From: a virus
Taxonomy: Duplodnaviria > Caudoviricetes
Length of the DNA: 45,719 nt
Virus record (IMG/VR): IMGVR_UViG_3300005601_000004
Span: 1-45,719 of that record
Reading direction: 5' to 3' (one strand)
Shown here in pieces: positions 1-8,759 of this stretch; the first letter of the stretch is position 1; every line of letters begins with the position of its first letter. The translations under genes were made by a program, and so were the position numbers. Under the pieces are notes generated by a model that was given only the letters and a program-made list of their open reading frames with translations, did no database searches and was not told the origin of the DNA.

Positions 1-30
1 CGACTTCCACAGATCGACGCCTGTTCCTCC
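1..30. repeat. 30-bp terminal direct repeat (circular assembly overlap), copy 1
   Basis: cgacttccacagatcgacgcctgttcctcc is identical to 45690-45719; the helicase frame is continuous when one copy is removed. Confidence 0.95.
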
Positions 31-1296
31 TGTCCGGGCCTGGACGACTGCGACATCGTATTGGGCACGTTGGAAGTCACGCCATATCTGAGGACGCAGC
101 TTCTTCTTCGTCGAGCCGTTGACCTGCACGACATCATAACCCTCAGCGACGAGCGCCTCATACACCAAGTCGTTGTCGGGCCGAAACGCCGTGAACACGA
201 CGACGGGCTTGGGCAGTTTGTCGACCAGCTTAATCGTCTCGCGCAGCTTGTAGTCGCCGAGGTCATGCAGGCGCTCGTCATCGTCATAAACGAAGCCAGT
301 AGCGATCTGCCTGCGTTTCGCTATGTTCGTTATCACGAGCTCAGCTAGCACACGCCTGCGCTTCGCTGTGCGACGCTTGCGAGGCAGGTAGGTGAACGAC
401 TGCTCGAGCATTTCATTGTAGCAGCGTTCCTGCTCGCGTGTCATGCCGACATCGACCTTGTGGACAATGGCCTGCTTGATCCCAACGTCTTCCTGCGTCA
501 GTCGGATGCAGTATGGCTTGAGCTTGTCGATGAACTCCTGCCGACGCTCCTCGCGGAACGTGGCCTTGTTCTTGAGGATGCGCTGCTGCAGTATCTTCTT
601 CTGCCACAGTGCTGAGCCGGGAGGCGCGTGATCGAAGTCGATCTCTGGCCATTCCATGTAGCGCTTCTCGAACTTCGCCCAGTTCGTGCCGAAGACATCA
701 GGATCGAGGAAGCGGAAGATGCCGAAGTAGTCGGTCTCACCACCGTTGCCGATCTCGCGCTTCTTCTTGTTGCCACCCTTGCCTTCCTGTGGAGTACCGG
801 TCAGGACCAGCTTGCGTTCGATCCAGCTGAGGCGCGCCATTGCGCGTGATGCACCATTGCTACGACTGGCGATGCGCTGGGCCTCGTCAACGGCAGCCCA
901 ATTCAGCTTCTTGTATTTGACGAGCCGCTTGATGAGCTTGGGCAACATCTCATAATGGATGAGCAGGATGCGAGGGGCAGGCAGCTTCTTGAACTCCTCC
1001 CAGTCGCTGGTCACGTTCACATGCGGCAGGAACTTGTGCAGTGCATCAAGCCACGTGCTGTCCCGGTTCGTTAGCAGCGTGACGAGCAGGCCGCAGAAGT
1101 CAGTCCCACGGACCGTATCCCACGCGACGTTGTGTTCCACGTTCTTCAGCGTGACGTATGTCTTTCCTGTCCGCTGTTCGCAGAACAGTGCGGTTGCGGG
1201 GCGTTCGACGGTGAACTGAAAGACGTCTTGCTGCTCGGGCCAGAGTTGCAAGGACGACGTCTTCGGCTTCTTCTTTGCTGCGGACGACTGTGGCAC
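1..1296 (-). CDS. SNF2-family helicase, N-terminal part (continues across the join to 45393; about 530 aa total)
   Basis: Not in the ORF track; translated by hand. GTG at 1296 after AAGGAGG; motifs EQRTGKT (I), VDEAQ (II), LTGTP (III), QARTGGTGVDL (V). Confidence 0.9.
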   Translation of the reverse strand, partial: MPQSSAAKKKPKTSSLQLWPEQQDVFQFTVERPATALFCEQRTGKTYVTLKNVEHNVAWDTVRGTDFCGLLVTLLTNRDSTWLDALHKFLPHVNVTSDWEEFKKLPAPRILLIHYEMLPKLIKRLVKYKKLNWAAVDEAQRIASRSNGASRAMARLSWIERKLVLTGTPQEGKGGNKKKREIGNGGETDYFGIFRFLDPDVFGTNWAKFEKRYMEWPEIDFDHAPPGSALWQKKILQQRILKNKATFREERRQEFIDKLKPYCIRLTQEDVGIKQAIVHKVDVGMTREQERCYNEMLEQSFTYLPRKRRTAKRRRVLAELVITNIAKRRQIATGFVYDDDERLHDLGDYKLRETIKLVDKLPKPVVVFTAFRPDNDLVYEALVAEGYDVVQVNGSTKKKLRPQIWRDFQRAQYDVAVVQARTGGTGVDLWKS

Positions 1297-1537
1297 ATCC
1301 GCCTCCTTTCATGACTATGTCTCGAATGGTCTCGAGCTGAATGGCAGATGGCTTGGATGCTTTGGTTGGGAGCTTGACTTCGAGTGCGAAGAACAGGCCG
1401 TCCACACAACCGATCAAATCGGGAATGCCCGCAGGCGTGAAGGGGCCTCCCCAAACCTTAAACCACCAACCGCCGACAGTGGCGCGAAGGTGGTCCTGAA
1501 TGGATTTCTGTAGTCGTGACTCTGGTTGCTTGGACAT
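1100..1537 (-). CDS. VRR-NUC domain nuclease
   Basis: E..LQ..I, AGIPDLI, FFALEVK, S..Q pattern of VRR-NUC; adjacent to a SNF2 helicase as is typical in phages. Confidence 0.85.
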   Translation of the reverse strand: MSKQPESRLQKSIQDHLRATVGGWWFKVWGGPFTPAGIPDLIGCVDGLFFALEVKLPTKASKPSAIQLETIRDIVMKGGGCATVVRSKEEAEDVVLATLARAARRLSVHRRTPRNRTVLRTADRKDIRHAEERGTQRRVGYGPWD

Positions 1538-1555
1538 GATACCCCACCTGTGGAT

Positions 1556-1582
1556 AAAAAAAGGCGGACCCGAAGGCCCGCC
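1556..1582 (-). terminator. Intrinsic terminator
   Basis: GGCGGGCC-TTCG-GGTCCGCC followed by a T-run on the minus strand, just after the 1601 stop. Confidence 0.8.
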
Positions 1583-1600
1583 AAGTTAGGGAGGTTCCGA

Positions 1601-2581
1601 TCAGTCCTCGGCGAGGATACCGGCTTCCTCGGCCGCGTCGACCACCGCGGTACGCTTCTTGCGCAGCGTCTTGTGATCGTCCAGGTCAACGTCGAGCTCG
1701 TGCTCTTCGATGAGCTCTTCGAGCTCGTCCTGGTTCATGCCGTTGATGTCGTCGGCGGTCACCTCGCCTTCGCCACCTTCGCCGCCGTCGCCTTCACCGA
1801 GACCGGCTTCCTCGACAGCTTCGGCCAGCTCGTCCTCGTCGAGCTCGGCCAGTTTCTTGCGCAGCGTGTTGACGCGGGACTTCGCCGTGACCTTGATGCC
1901 GGCGGCTTCAGCGACCGCCTTGATGTCATCATCGCTGGCCTCGTCGAGGTCGAACTCCTCGCCGTCACCGTCGCCGTCGTCACCTTCGCCCGTGTCCTCG
2001 ATCAGGCCGAGTTCCTGCATGGCCTCGAGCAGTTCGTCTTCGTCGGCCTCTTCGAGTTCCTTGCGGATCGTCGAGGCGCGCTTGGACTTGATGCCCATGG
2101 CCTTGCCGAGCTTCTTGATGTCGGCATCGTCGATGTCGTCCAGATCGACTTCATCGTCGCCGCCTTCACCGCCTTCGGCCTCGTGACCTTCGGCAGGCCA
2201 GAAGTCCTCGGGCTTGATGCGCGACTGCCCGTTGTAGGTGTCCTTGAACGTCGAGCACATGGCGACCTTGCCGACGAACTCGGCGGCGTATTCGTCCACG
2301 TCGAAGTCGTCCTCGGGCACGTCACCCAGGAAAGCTTCGAAGACCTCGCGAGTACGCCACAGGGCGGCGGGGGAAAGCGATGCGTTGTGGTACATCAGCG
2401 AGCCTTCGAACTCGCCGGTGCCTTCGAGCTTCATGCTGTAGTAGAGGCCGTTGTCGCCTTCCTCCACCTCGCATTCCTTGACCTTGACCAGGTATTCCTG
2501 TTCGGCGGCGAAGCCCTTGCCGACACCGGCGAAGGATGCTGTGCGTTTGGTTGCCTTGCTGCGCGTGTTGCGTCGTGCCAT
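1601..2581 (-). CDS. Putative ssDNA-binding protein (DUF669-like N-terminus) with acidic repeated C-terminal domains
   Basis: Beta-rich N-terminal ~130 aa (YLVKVKECEV...ALWRTREVFEA...YNGQSRIK); lies downstream of a Sak4-like ATPase; very acidic tail. Confidence 0.6.
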   Translation of the reverse strand: MARRNTRSKATKRTASFAGVGKGFAAEQEYLVKVKECEVEEGDNGLYYSMKLEGTGEFEGSLMYHNASLSPAALWRTREVFEAFLGDVPEDDFDVDEYAAEFVGKVAMCSTFKDTYNGQSRIKPEDFWPAEGHEAEGGEGGDDEVDLDDIDDADIKKLGKAMGIKSKRASTIRKELEEADEDELLEAMQELGLIEDTGEGDDGDGDGEEFDLDEASDDDIKAVAEAAGIKVTAKSRVNTLRKKLAELDEDELAEAVEEAGLGEGDGGEGGEGEVTADDINGMNQDELEELIEEHELDVDLDDHKTLRKKRTAVVDAAEEAGILAED

Positions 2582-3423
2582 CAGTTATCTCCTTTGATGG
2601 TTTCGAGGATTTCCTCGTAGGTTGGGTCGGACAGGAAGTCAGGCAGAGCAATCGACCTCGGCTTCCTGAATTTCGTTATATACGAGGCACTAGGCCCCAG
2701 TCGAACACAATACTCTTGTACTTCCTTCTCCCTCTTCTTTTTGCCGATACCAACGGACTTGGTGGTAGTCCGAATGAATGTGCAGCCGATGACCTGGGCC
2801 GCGGCGCACAGGTGGTTCATGACCGAGGGCGACAGGCTCGGACCTACTTCCGGATCGAGCTCGCCTTCGTTCTCACCATCCTCGCCGACGTTGAACGTCC
2901 GCTGCTGAGCCGTGAACACCACTTCCATCGGCAGGTCCCGGAAGTTGGTGATCCACGTTTTCATGTAGCCCGCGACTTCGCCCCACTGCTGCTTCGTCAT
3001 CACGCCCCAGTCAGTGGGCTGCTTGCCGAGCTTGGCGGCTTTCTCCCCGACGATCTCCAGCACCTTCAGGAACTGCCACATGGTCACCGTGTCGAGGATG
3101 ACCGTCTGGTACTTGTCGGGGTTCTGCTTGAGCCACCAGTACGCCTCCTCGATTTCCTCGATTGACGACACGGGCAGCACGTCCAGGTCTTTCACGTCCA
3201 TGATGCTGTCGGTGCCTTCGTCGCGGATGTCGATCAGCAGCTTGCGGCCCGGGAAGGTGGAAGCGAGGGTCGTTTTTCCCGAGGCGCTGCGACCGTAGAA
3301 CACCCAAGTCCGGTGCTTCTGCAGATCACTCGCCTTTCTGACGGGCAACGACTTCGGCGTGGTCGATCCTGTGGACGACCGGTTTCTCGTCGTCGTCCTT
3401 GTCTTTCTTGTTCTTCGTGCCAT
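2581..3423 (-). CDS. AAA_24/Sak4-like ATPase (recombination/annealing)
   Basis: YGRSASGKTT Walker A, VILDTVT Walker B; ATG at 3423 after an AGGAAAGGA SD. Confidence 0.8.
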   Translation of the reverse strand: MARRTRKTRTTTRNRSSTGSTTPKSLPVRKASDLQKHRTWVFYGRSASGKTTLASTFPGRKLLIDIRDEGTDSIMDVKDLDVLPVSSIEEIEEAYWWLKQNPDKYQTVILDTVTMWQFLKVLEIVGEKAAKLGKQPTDWGVMTKQQWGEVAGYMKTWITNFRDLPMEVVFTAQQRTFNVGEDGENEGELDPEVGPSLSPSVMNHLCAAAQVIGCTFIRTTTKSVGIGKKKREKEVQEYCVRLGPSASYITKFRKPRSIALPDFLSDPTYEEILETIKGDN

Positions 3424-4375
3424 CGGTGTAGTTCCTTTCCTTGACGAAGTCGACATCCAGGCCTTGCAGACGCGCTCGGCACAGAGGTTCATAATCGCAC
3501 CATGAGCAGTGCTTGTCAATGTTCATGTCGGAGACGCAACCATGGTTGTCGACCATTTCTCTGATGGTTGCCTCGAAGTCCGCGAACACCATGTCCGCCA
3601 CGTCACGCTGGACGGGCGTATGAATGCGCTGGAAGTACTCAGCGCGGTTTTTCTCAGCCATCGAACGCAGCGCATCGACCTTGCCGAGTTTCTTCGGGTC
3701 GTGCTCAGCGATCACTCGCTCAACTGTGGACGGCAGCGTGTCGATCTTCTTGGTGCTGAGCGTTCCGTCCTTCAGCGTACCGGGCAGTGCCGGCGGCTTT
3801 GACTTGATGTAGTCCCACACGCAGCCATCGAGCGGTTGCCACCCAAGGATGTCGTTTGCCCGGAAGTACGTGACGGACTGGAGGTTGCGCCAACGGTCGT
3901 CGTCATTGGGCTTGCGGGAGTACGTCTTGTGCTCGACCAGCCAGCGCAGCTTATTCGGCGTCTTGGCGATTGCGTCGATCTTGCCGTTCCAGATGATACC
4001 GGGGAACAGCTCGATCTCGAACGTGTGCTCAGCACCCCGACGTGCCTTCCGGACTGGGCGCAGGTTGTCGCTGTCCCAGTACTCGAGATAGTCGGCGATG
4101 ATGTCCTGGGTGTCCTCGAGGATGTCGCCATACTCATCGCGCTCCTGCGCAAACAGCTTCATGGCTGCCACGTCATTGCGCAGCTCCTCGAAGTACGCCA
4201 TCGGGTCGTCGCCGTTGAAGTGACGCTCGAGCGCTTCATGGATCATCGTGCCGAACTGGAGCGGCCTCGACTTCCCTTTCTTGCGGAGCTTTTCGACGTA
4301 CCGGTAGTGGTACGCTTGGTGGCACCTCCGGTAGGTTTTGACTTTCGATTGGCTGACTTTAAATCCTTCAGACAT
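3326..4375 (-). CDS. Cas4/RecB-like PD-(D/E)xK exonuclease with probable Fe-S cluster
   Basis: S.S....Y..C, G..IH..LE, GKIDAI...VEHKT, C-terminal CSWCDYEPLC. Confidence 0.85.
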   Translation of the reverse strand: MSEGFKVSQSKVKTYRRCHQAYHYRYVEKLRKKGKSRPLQFGTMIHEALERHFNGDDPMAYFEELRNDVAAMKLFAQERDEYGDILEDTQDIIADYLEYWDSDNLRPVRKARRGAEHTFEIELFPGIIWNGKIDAIAKTPNKLRWLVEHKTYSRKPNDDDRWRNLQSVTYFRANDILGWQPLDGCVWDYIKSKPPALPGTLKDGTLSTKKIDTLPSTVERVIAEHDPKKLGKVDALRSMAEKNRAEYFQRIHTPVQRDVADMVFADFEATIREMVDNHGCVSDMNIDKHCSWCDYEPLCRARLQGLDVDFVKERNYTDGTKNKKDKDDDEKPVVHRIDHAEVVARQKGE

Positions 4376-4557
4376 TGACCCATCCTTTCCAGGTATTTCT
4401 TGGCACCGTGACCCGCCTTGGGTAGTTTGGCACATTTGAGACAGAGCGGGTAGTGACCTCCTGCTACCCAGAACTTCGTTGGTTTCCCACAATCGACACA
4501 ATCCTCAGGCGGCCAGTGGGATGCAGCCGTCCTGTCCTTGTAAACCTTCCTGCTCAT
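4243..4557 (-). CDS. Small zinc-finger protein
   Basis: CVDC...CLKC; start overlaps the polymerase stop (ATGA). Confidence 0.55.
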   Translation of the reverse strand: MSRKVYKDRTAASHWPPEDCVDCGKPTKFWVAGGHYPLCLKCAKLPKAGHGAKKYLERMGQCLKDLKSANRKSKPTGGATKRTTTGTSKSSARKGSRGRSSSAR

Positions 4558-7136
4558 GCAGCTTCCTTCCATTGCTCTTGTATCGCAGACACTGGGTATT
4601 TGTCGAGCAGCTGACCCACAGACAGCTTGTGAATGTCAGCCACCTTGCGCGCTTTCTCGAGGCTGATTGATTTGCCCCAAGGACCGAGGTCGCCGTCGGC
4701 TTCGATGGGAACGACCATCTCGATGTCAAACTCGTCCATCAAGTCGGGCCATTGCATGATCTCGAGCATCCGGGTGTAGACCTCCTCGACCATGTCATTG
4801 CGAACGCGGAACAACACGGCGTCGTGCACTGTGCCGCATATCTTGACGACATTGCGACCGTACTCCTTGCGCAGCTGTATCGCAGCCATGAGGTTCACTT
4901 CGTTTGCGAACGATTGCACAGGCGAGTTGATAGCCTGGCGCTCTGCTGCTCGACGCTCAGGCGTGTCGTCAGCGTGTTTCGCCTCAGGCAGTCGACGCTT
5001 GCGACCTGACAGCGACTTGACAAAGCCATGACGACGGGCGTACTTCTTCTGTCGCTTGTGCCATGCAGGCAGTGCGGCGTAGTTGTCGAAGAACGTGGTG
5101 CGCGATGCCTCGGCTTCCTCGTCGGTCACGTTCACGCCGTAGTTGTCGCGAGCGTATATCTTGAACTTCTTCCACCACATGCCGTAGAGGTAGCCGAAGT
5201 TCACCGCCTTCGCTTTCTTGCGATACTCCTTCCATTCCTTCTCGACCTCTGTGGCAACTTCGTGACCGACCTCGAGCAACACCTGGATGGCGTCGGCATA
5301 GCGCATGTCGTTCTTGCCTTTGATGCGACACGCAGTCCCGATCACCAAGTCCTTGAGCCCGCCGCCACGTTCGATCTCACGAATAGCAGTGAGCCAGTGA
5401 ACGTCGATGCCGTGCGTAAAGGCGTGGATCATTGCCGGCTCACGAGCGAGCTCAGCGGCGATCCTCAGCTCGGCCTGAGACAGGTCACACTGAATGAGCG
5501 TCCAACCTTTTTCGGCCGATATGAGGGAGCGGATGCGCGGGTCGCGTGGCACTTGCTGCAAGTTCGGATGCTCGCAAGATAGGCGCCCCGTGACTGTCCC
5601 GTGTAGCTTGAACGATGGGTGGAGGTAGAAGCCGCGGGATTGTTGATGGAGGAAAGGCTTCCAACCGTCGATGAAGAACGATAGCTGCTGCTTCGCCGCA
5701 CGGAAGCGAAGAAGCGCCTCAGTGCAGGGATGATCGAGTCTCTTAATAACCGACTCAGATGTTGAATAGCCTCCCGCATCCGTTTTATCAAGAGGCTCAA
5801 TACCGAGGTGGTCGAACAGCAACCACCGGAGCTGGTCAGTGGAACCCCAGTTAAATCGGGTGGGGTCGTTTTTGCGTCGTGCATCCTTGAAGTAGTAGAC
5901 GTCACCGTTCTTCTTGACATAGTGATCGGGCTCCCATTCTTCGAGCTCAGCAAGTGCCGCCTCGTACTGCTCACGCAACACTTCCTCGGCCTCACCGAAC
6001 TGGTCCATGTCGATAAAGACGCCATCATACTCAATCTCGACGAACAGATTGGCACACGGCATCATGATCTTGTCGAACACCCGCTTGACCTCCCAGTCGT
6101 CCTTGAGCATCTTGCCAAAGACGTAGCGAAGCTTGCGGGTGTAGTACAAGTCGTGGGCGAGATACTTGCAGTGCTTCTTCAACGGGACATTCATGCCCTG
6201 CTTTTCGGTCAGGTCGATCTCCCAGTCGGGTGCACCGCAATAAACCTGAGCGAGATACTTCAAGCCGTGACGCATGTTCTCGTCCAGAAGGAAGTGCGCC
6301 AGCATCGTGTCGAAGTCGAGCTCCCATTTGACGCCCAGGTGAACCCATGTCCACAGAAGGTCAAACTTCCCGTTGTGCGCAATCAGGAAGAAGTCGTCAC
6401 GCTTCTCCGTGATGCGATCCATCATCTCCTCGACTTCGTCCTGCGTCCAGGGAGACTGTGGATGATTGACCGGCACACACCATTGATTGCGAGCTGTACC
6501 GAAGCCAAGGCTGACGATCTTGGGTTCCGGGTTCAATTCCCACTCGCCCGTTCGATCATTCAGCTTCTGGGTCTGCCAGGGGTAGAGCTGCGTCGTCTCG
6601 ATGTCGTAGGACACGGCGCCTCGGAGATCGGCGATCATCTCTTCCACGTCATCATCGGACATGACGATGCGGAAGTGCAGGTCCTTGGCTTCGGGTATCC
6701 CACCGAACTTGACCATGTCATCGAAGAACTGAAGGTCGGCGTTAAGCAGGGTCTCCTGCTTGTCGTCGTGTCGGATGATGCCGGGGTTATTCATCGGCAG
6801 GAAGATGTGACCATCCTGCTTGATGGGACGCCCGCGCAACTTGCTGATGCCGGCCTTGCCAGTGATGACCTGTAGCGGCGTGTTGCCGACGATCACCACA
6901 TACTTGAAGCCCGCAATGGCGCCTATCACGTCATCGCGAGCGTTCTTGATTTCCGTCTTGGTCGCGGCCTTGCCGTTTTTGGGATCGGTGTCGAGCACGG
7001 AAATTCGGGTAACGTCATAGCGCTCCTCGAGTGGCTCCATGATGTACTCGACTGCATCCCATGTCCGACGACAATCGTCCGGACTCTCGGTAATGACCGC
7101 GACCTTTTCGAGTTGTTGGCGGGTTCTACGTTTCAA
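4554..7136 (-). CDS. polA: Family A DNA polymerase with 3'-5' exonuclease and N-terminal degenerate UDG-like domain
   Basis: Exo YDIETT, HNGKFD, YLAHD; GTVTGRLS; motif A DLSQAELR; motif B KAVNFGYLYG; motif C VHDA. Confidence 0.95.
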   Translation of the reverse strand: MKRRTRQQLEKVAVITESPDDCRRTWDAVEYIMEPLEERYDVTRISVLDTDPKNGKAATKTEIKNARDDVIGAIAGFKYVVIVGNTPLQVITGKAGISKLRGRPIKQDGHIFLPMNNPGIIRHDDKQETLLNADLQFFDDMVKFGGIPEAKDLHFRIVMSDDDVEEMIADLRGAVSYDIETTQLYPWQTQKLNDRTGEWELNPEPKIVSLGFGTARNQWCVPVNHPQSPWTQDEVEEMMDRITEKRDDFFLIAHNGKFDLLWTWVHLGVKWELDFDTMLAHFLLDENMRHGLKYLAQVYCGAPDWEIDLTEKQGMNVPLKKHCKYLAHDLYYTRKLRYVFGKMLKDDWEVKRVFDKIMMPCANLFVEIEYDGVFIDMDQFGEAEEVLREQYEAALAELEEWEPDHYVKKNGDVYYFKDARRKNDPTRFNWGSTDQLRWLLFDHLGIEPLDKTDAGGYSTSESVIKRLDHPCTEALLRFRAAKQQLSFFIDGWKPFLHQQSRGFYLHPSFKLHGTVTGRLSCEHPNLQQVPRDPRIRSLISAEKGWTLIQCDLSQAELRIAAELAREPAMIHAFTHGIDVHWLTAIREIERGGGLKDLVIGTACRIKGKNDMRYADAIQVLLEVGHEVATEVEKEWKEYRKKAKAVNFGYLYGMWWKKFKIYARDNYGVNVTDEEAEASRTTFFDNYAALPAWHKRQKKYARRHGFVKSLSGRKRRLPEAKHADDTPERRAAERQAINSPVQSFANEVNLMAAIQLRKEYGRNVVKICGTVHDAVLFRVRNDMVEEVYTRMLEIMQWPDLMDEFDIEMVVPIEADGDLGPWGKSISLEKARKVADIHKLSVGQLLDKYPVSAIQEQWKEAA

Positions 7137-7608
7137 CGTCGACTAGCTCCTTTGTCTCCCAGTCGACAATATAACCTGCCGGCGTCACTCTGTAAATGCC
7201 AATATCCCGCCCGTGCCCAACGAGGTGGTCATTGATGCGGTAGGGATTGGCAAAGAAGATGCGACGGACATGGGCGTGGTGATCGAGTATCTTCTCGAAG
7301 CATGCCTTGCATGGGCTGTCGGTCACGTAGAGGTCGAGCTCCGCCACACGATTATTCCGGGTGCGCAGGCCGGCGGGAAGGTGGCGCAGCGCGTTGTCCT
7401 CGGCATGGATCGTTTCATGGCAGTGATGCTTGCCCGGGCAATCGTTGCCCGCACAATGAGGAGCGCCCGCAGGCGCCCCGTTGTAGCCGATGCTCACGAT
7501 CCTGCGGTCCTGCACGATCACGGCGCCGACGTTGAGACGCATACAGGTCGAGCGCTTGGCCACGACATGAGCAATCTCCATGAACATCTGTGGACGACTA
7601 GGTCTCAT
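7126..7608 (-). CDS. dCMP deaminase-family protein
   Basis: RSTC.R..VGAVIV, GYNG, HAEDNA and PCKAC zinc motifs. Confidence 0.92.
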   Translation of the reverse strand: MRPSRPQMFMEIAHVVAKRSTCMRLNVGAVIVQDRRIVSIGYNGAPAGAPHCAGNDCPGKHHCHETIHAEDNALRHLPAGLRTRNNRVAELDLYVTDSPCKACFEKILDHHAHVRRIFFANPYRINDHLVGHGRDIGIYRVTPAGYIVDWETKELVDVET

Positions 7609-7885
7609 AGGTTTCAGCCCCCATCTTCAGTTTGGTGTTCACCAAGTGGATAAAGCGCTTGAGGTCGTGCTTGCTCATCCACCGTTTGCCCGCCAAGTGG
7701 CAGCACCAGTGAAGCAGTTTAAGGGGGTTGTCAATCCGACTCCTCTCGATGGAGTAGGGGTCGACATTGAGACCGTAGGCATAGATGTCGAAGGTGCGGG
7801 ACTTATGGTCATACTTCATGACCAGGTCCTTTTCCCCGAAGTCCATTTCGCCCAGCTCCCGAGCAGTGATGGTTTGCAAACTCAT
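7598..7885 (-). CDS. Hypothetical protein
   Basis: ATGA-coupled to the upstream gene; fills the operon gap. Confidence 0.6.
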   Translation of the reverse strand: MSLQTITARELGEMDFGEKDLVMKYDHKSRTFDIYAYGLNVDPYSIERSRIDNPLKLLHWCCHLAGKRWMSKHDLKRFIHLVNTKLKMGAETYET

Positions 7886-8415
7886 TGGCCTTGCTCCCAA
7901 CCATGGGGCCAACCAATGTGCCGCCAGATGTTCTGCACCCACTGAGCCTGAGCGACTGCGTCGTCGCCGGCGTCGTGCTTCGTGATAGGCGCCGGCTTGT
8001 GCGCTGAAGGAGCCAGATCAGCGAGTGTGCGCGTGTCACGTATCGAACGATAGTGCCAAGGCTCGCAGCCCAGCAGGTGCTTCAGCGTTGCGATGTCGAA
8101 CTGCGGTCCGTGAGCCCAGACGTGGTCGACTGTCCCATTGTGCAGGATCATGCGAAGGCGCGTGGCGAGGTCGGCGATGGGATACACCTTCTCCGGCATG
8201 AACACCTTCTCCCGAGCGATGTCGGGCTGCTGCATCCACCACTTGAGGGTCTCGGCATTCACCGTGCGACCCTTGCGCAGTTGCTCGTCGAGGTCGAGTC
8301 CCATGACGACGGGCCCGCCCACGTTGTCCTCATCGAACAGGCACCAGCCGGCCTGAAGGACAACAGCTGTGGTAGCCGTGTCGAGGGTCTCAATGTCAAT
8401 CATCATGTGCTTCAT
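7882..8415 (-). CDS. DEDDh 3'-5' exo(ribo)nuclease, Rv2179c-like
   Basis: MIDIETL, WAHGPQFD, RDTRT, HDAGDDA; TGATG coupling at 8415. Confidence 0.85.
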   Translation of the reverse strand: MKHMMIDIETLDTATTAVVLQAGWCLFDEDNVGGPVVMGLDLDEQLRKGRTVNAETLKWWMQQPDIAREKVFMPEKVYPIADLATRLRMILHNGTVDHVWAHGPQFDIATLKHLLGCEPWHYRSIRDTRTLADLAPSAHKPAPITKHDAGDDAVAQAQWVQNIWRHIGWPHGWEQGQ

Positions 8416-8759
8416 CAGTACGTCTCCGAGAAGTAGAGGAACACCGTGCCGGCGAGCACGAGTGCGGTGAGCAGGACCACGAAGATGATCGAGCGACGAA
8501 TGCCAAGCCCAAAGGGCAAGCGCTTCTCGAACGGATACGCCGTTTCGATGGTCATGGGTGGATGGGTGTTGCCCCAGCAATGGAACCAGACGTAGCCATT
8601 CCACAGGCAGGACAAACGCTCGCGCCAGGTCATACGCCATTTGCTGATGACCATGCCGCCTTCAGGATGTCGCCAGACGTGCAGCGGATACACGTCCTCC
8701 TCATGCCCCTCCGGTGGGAGGAGCTTCATCGTGGCTTCGGGAAACTCGGTGCCCTTCAT
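8415..8759 (-). CDS. Hypothetical protein with C-terminal transmembrane segment
   Basis: Coupled at both ends; hydrophobic IIFVVLLTALVLAGTVFLYF. Confidence 0.65.
   Translation of the reverse strand: MKGTEFPEATMKLLPPEGHEEDVYPLHVWRHPEGGMVISKWRMTWRERLSCLWNGYVWFHCWGNTHPPMTIETAYPFEKRLPFGLGIRRSIIFVVLLTALVLAGTVFLYFSETY

Noticed and set aside
1-30. Terminal repeat as a biological direct terminal repeat
   Set aside because: It falls inside the helicase ORF, which is intact only when the copies are merged, so it is an assembly overlap
3326-4375. Cas4-like nuclease as evidence of CRISPR-Cas
   Set aside because: No repeat-spacer array or other cas genes; it sits in a standard phage recombination module
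4554-4570. C-terminal Ala-Ala on PolA as a ClpXP degron
   Set aside because: A two-residue match is too weak; the tail tube protein ends the same way
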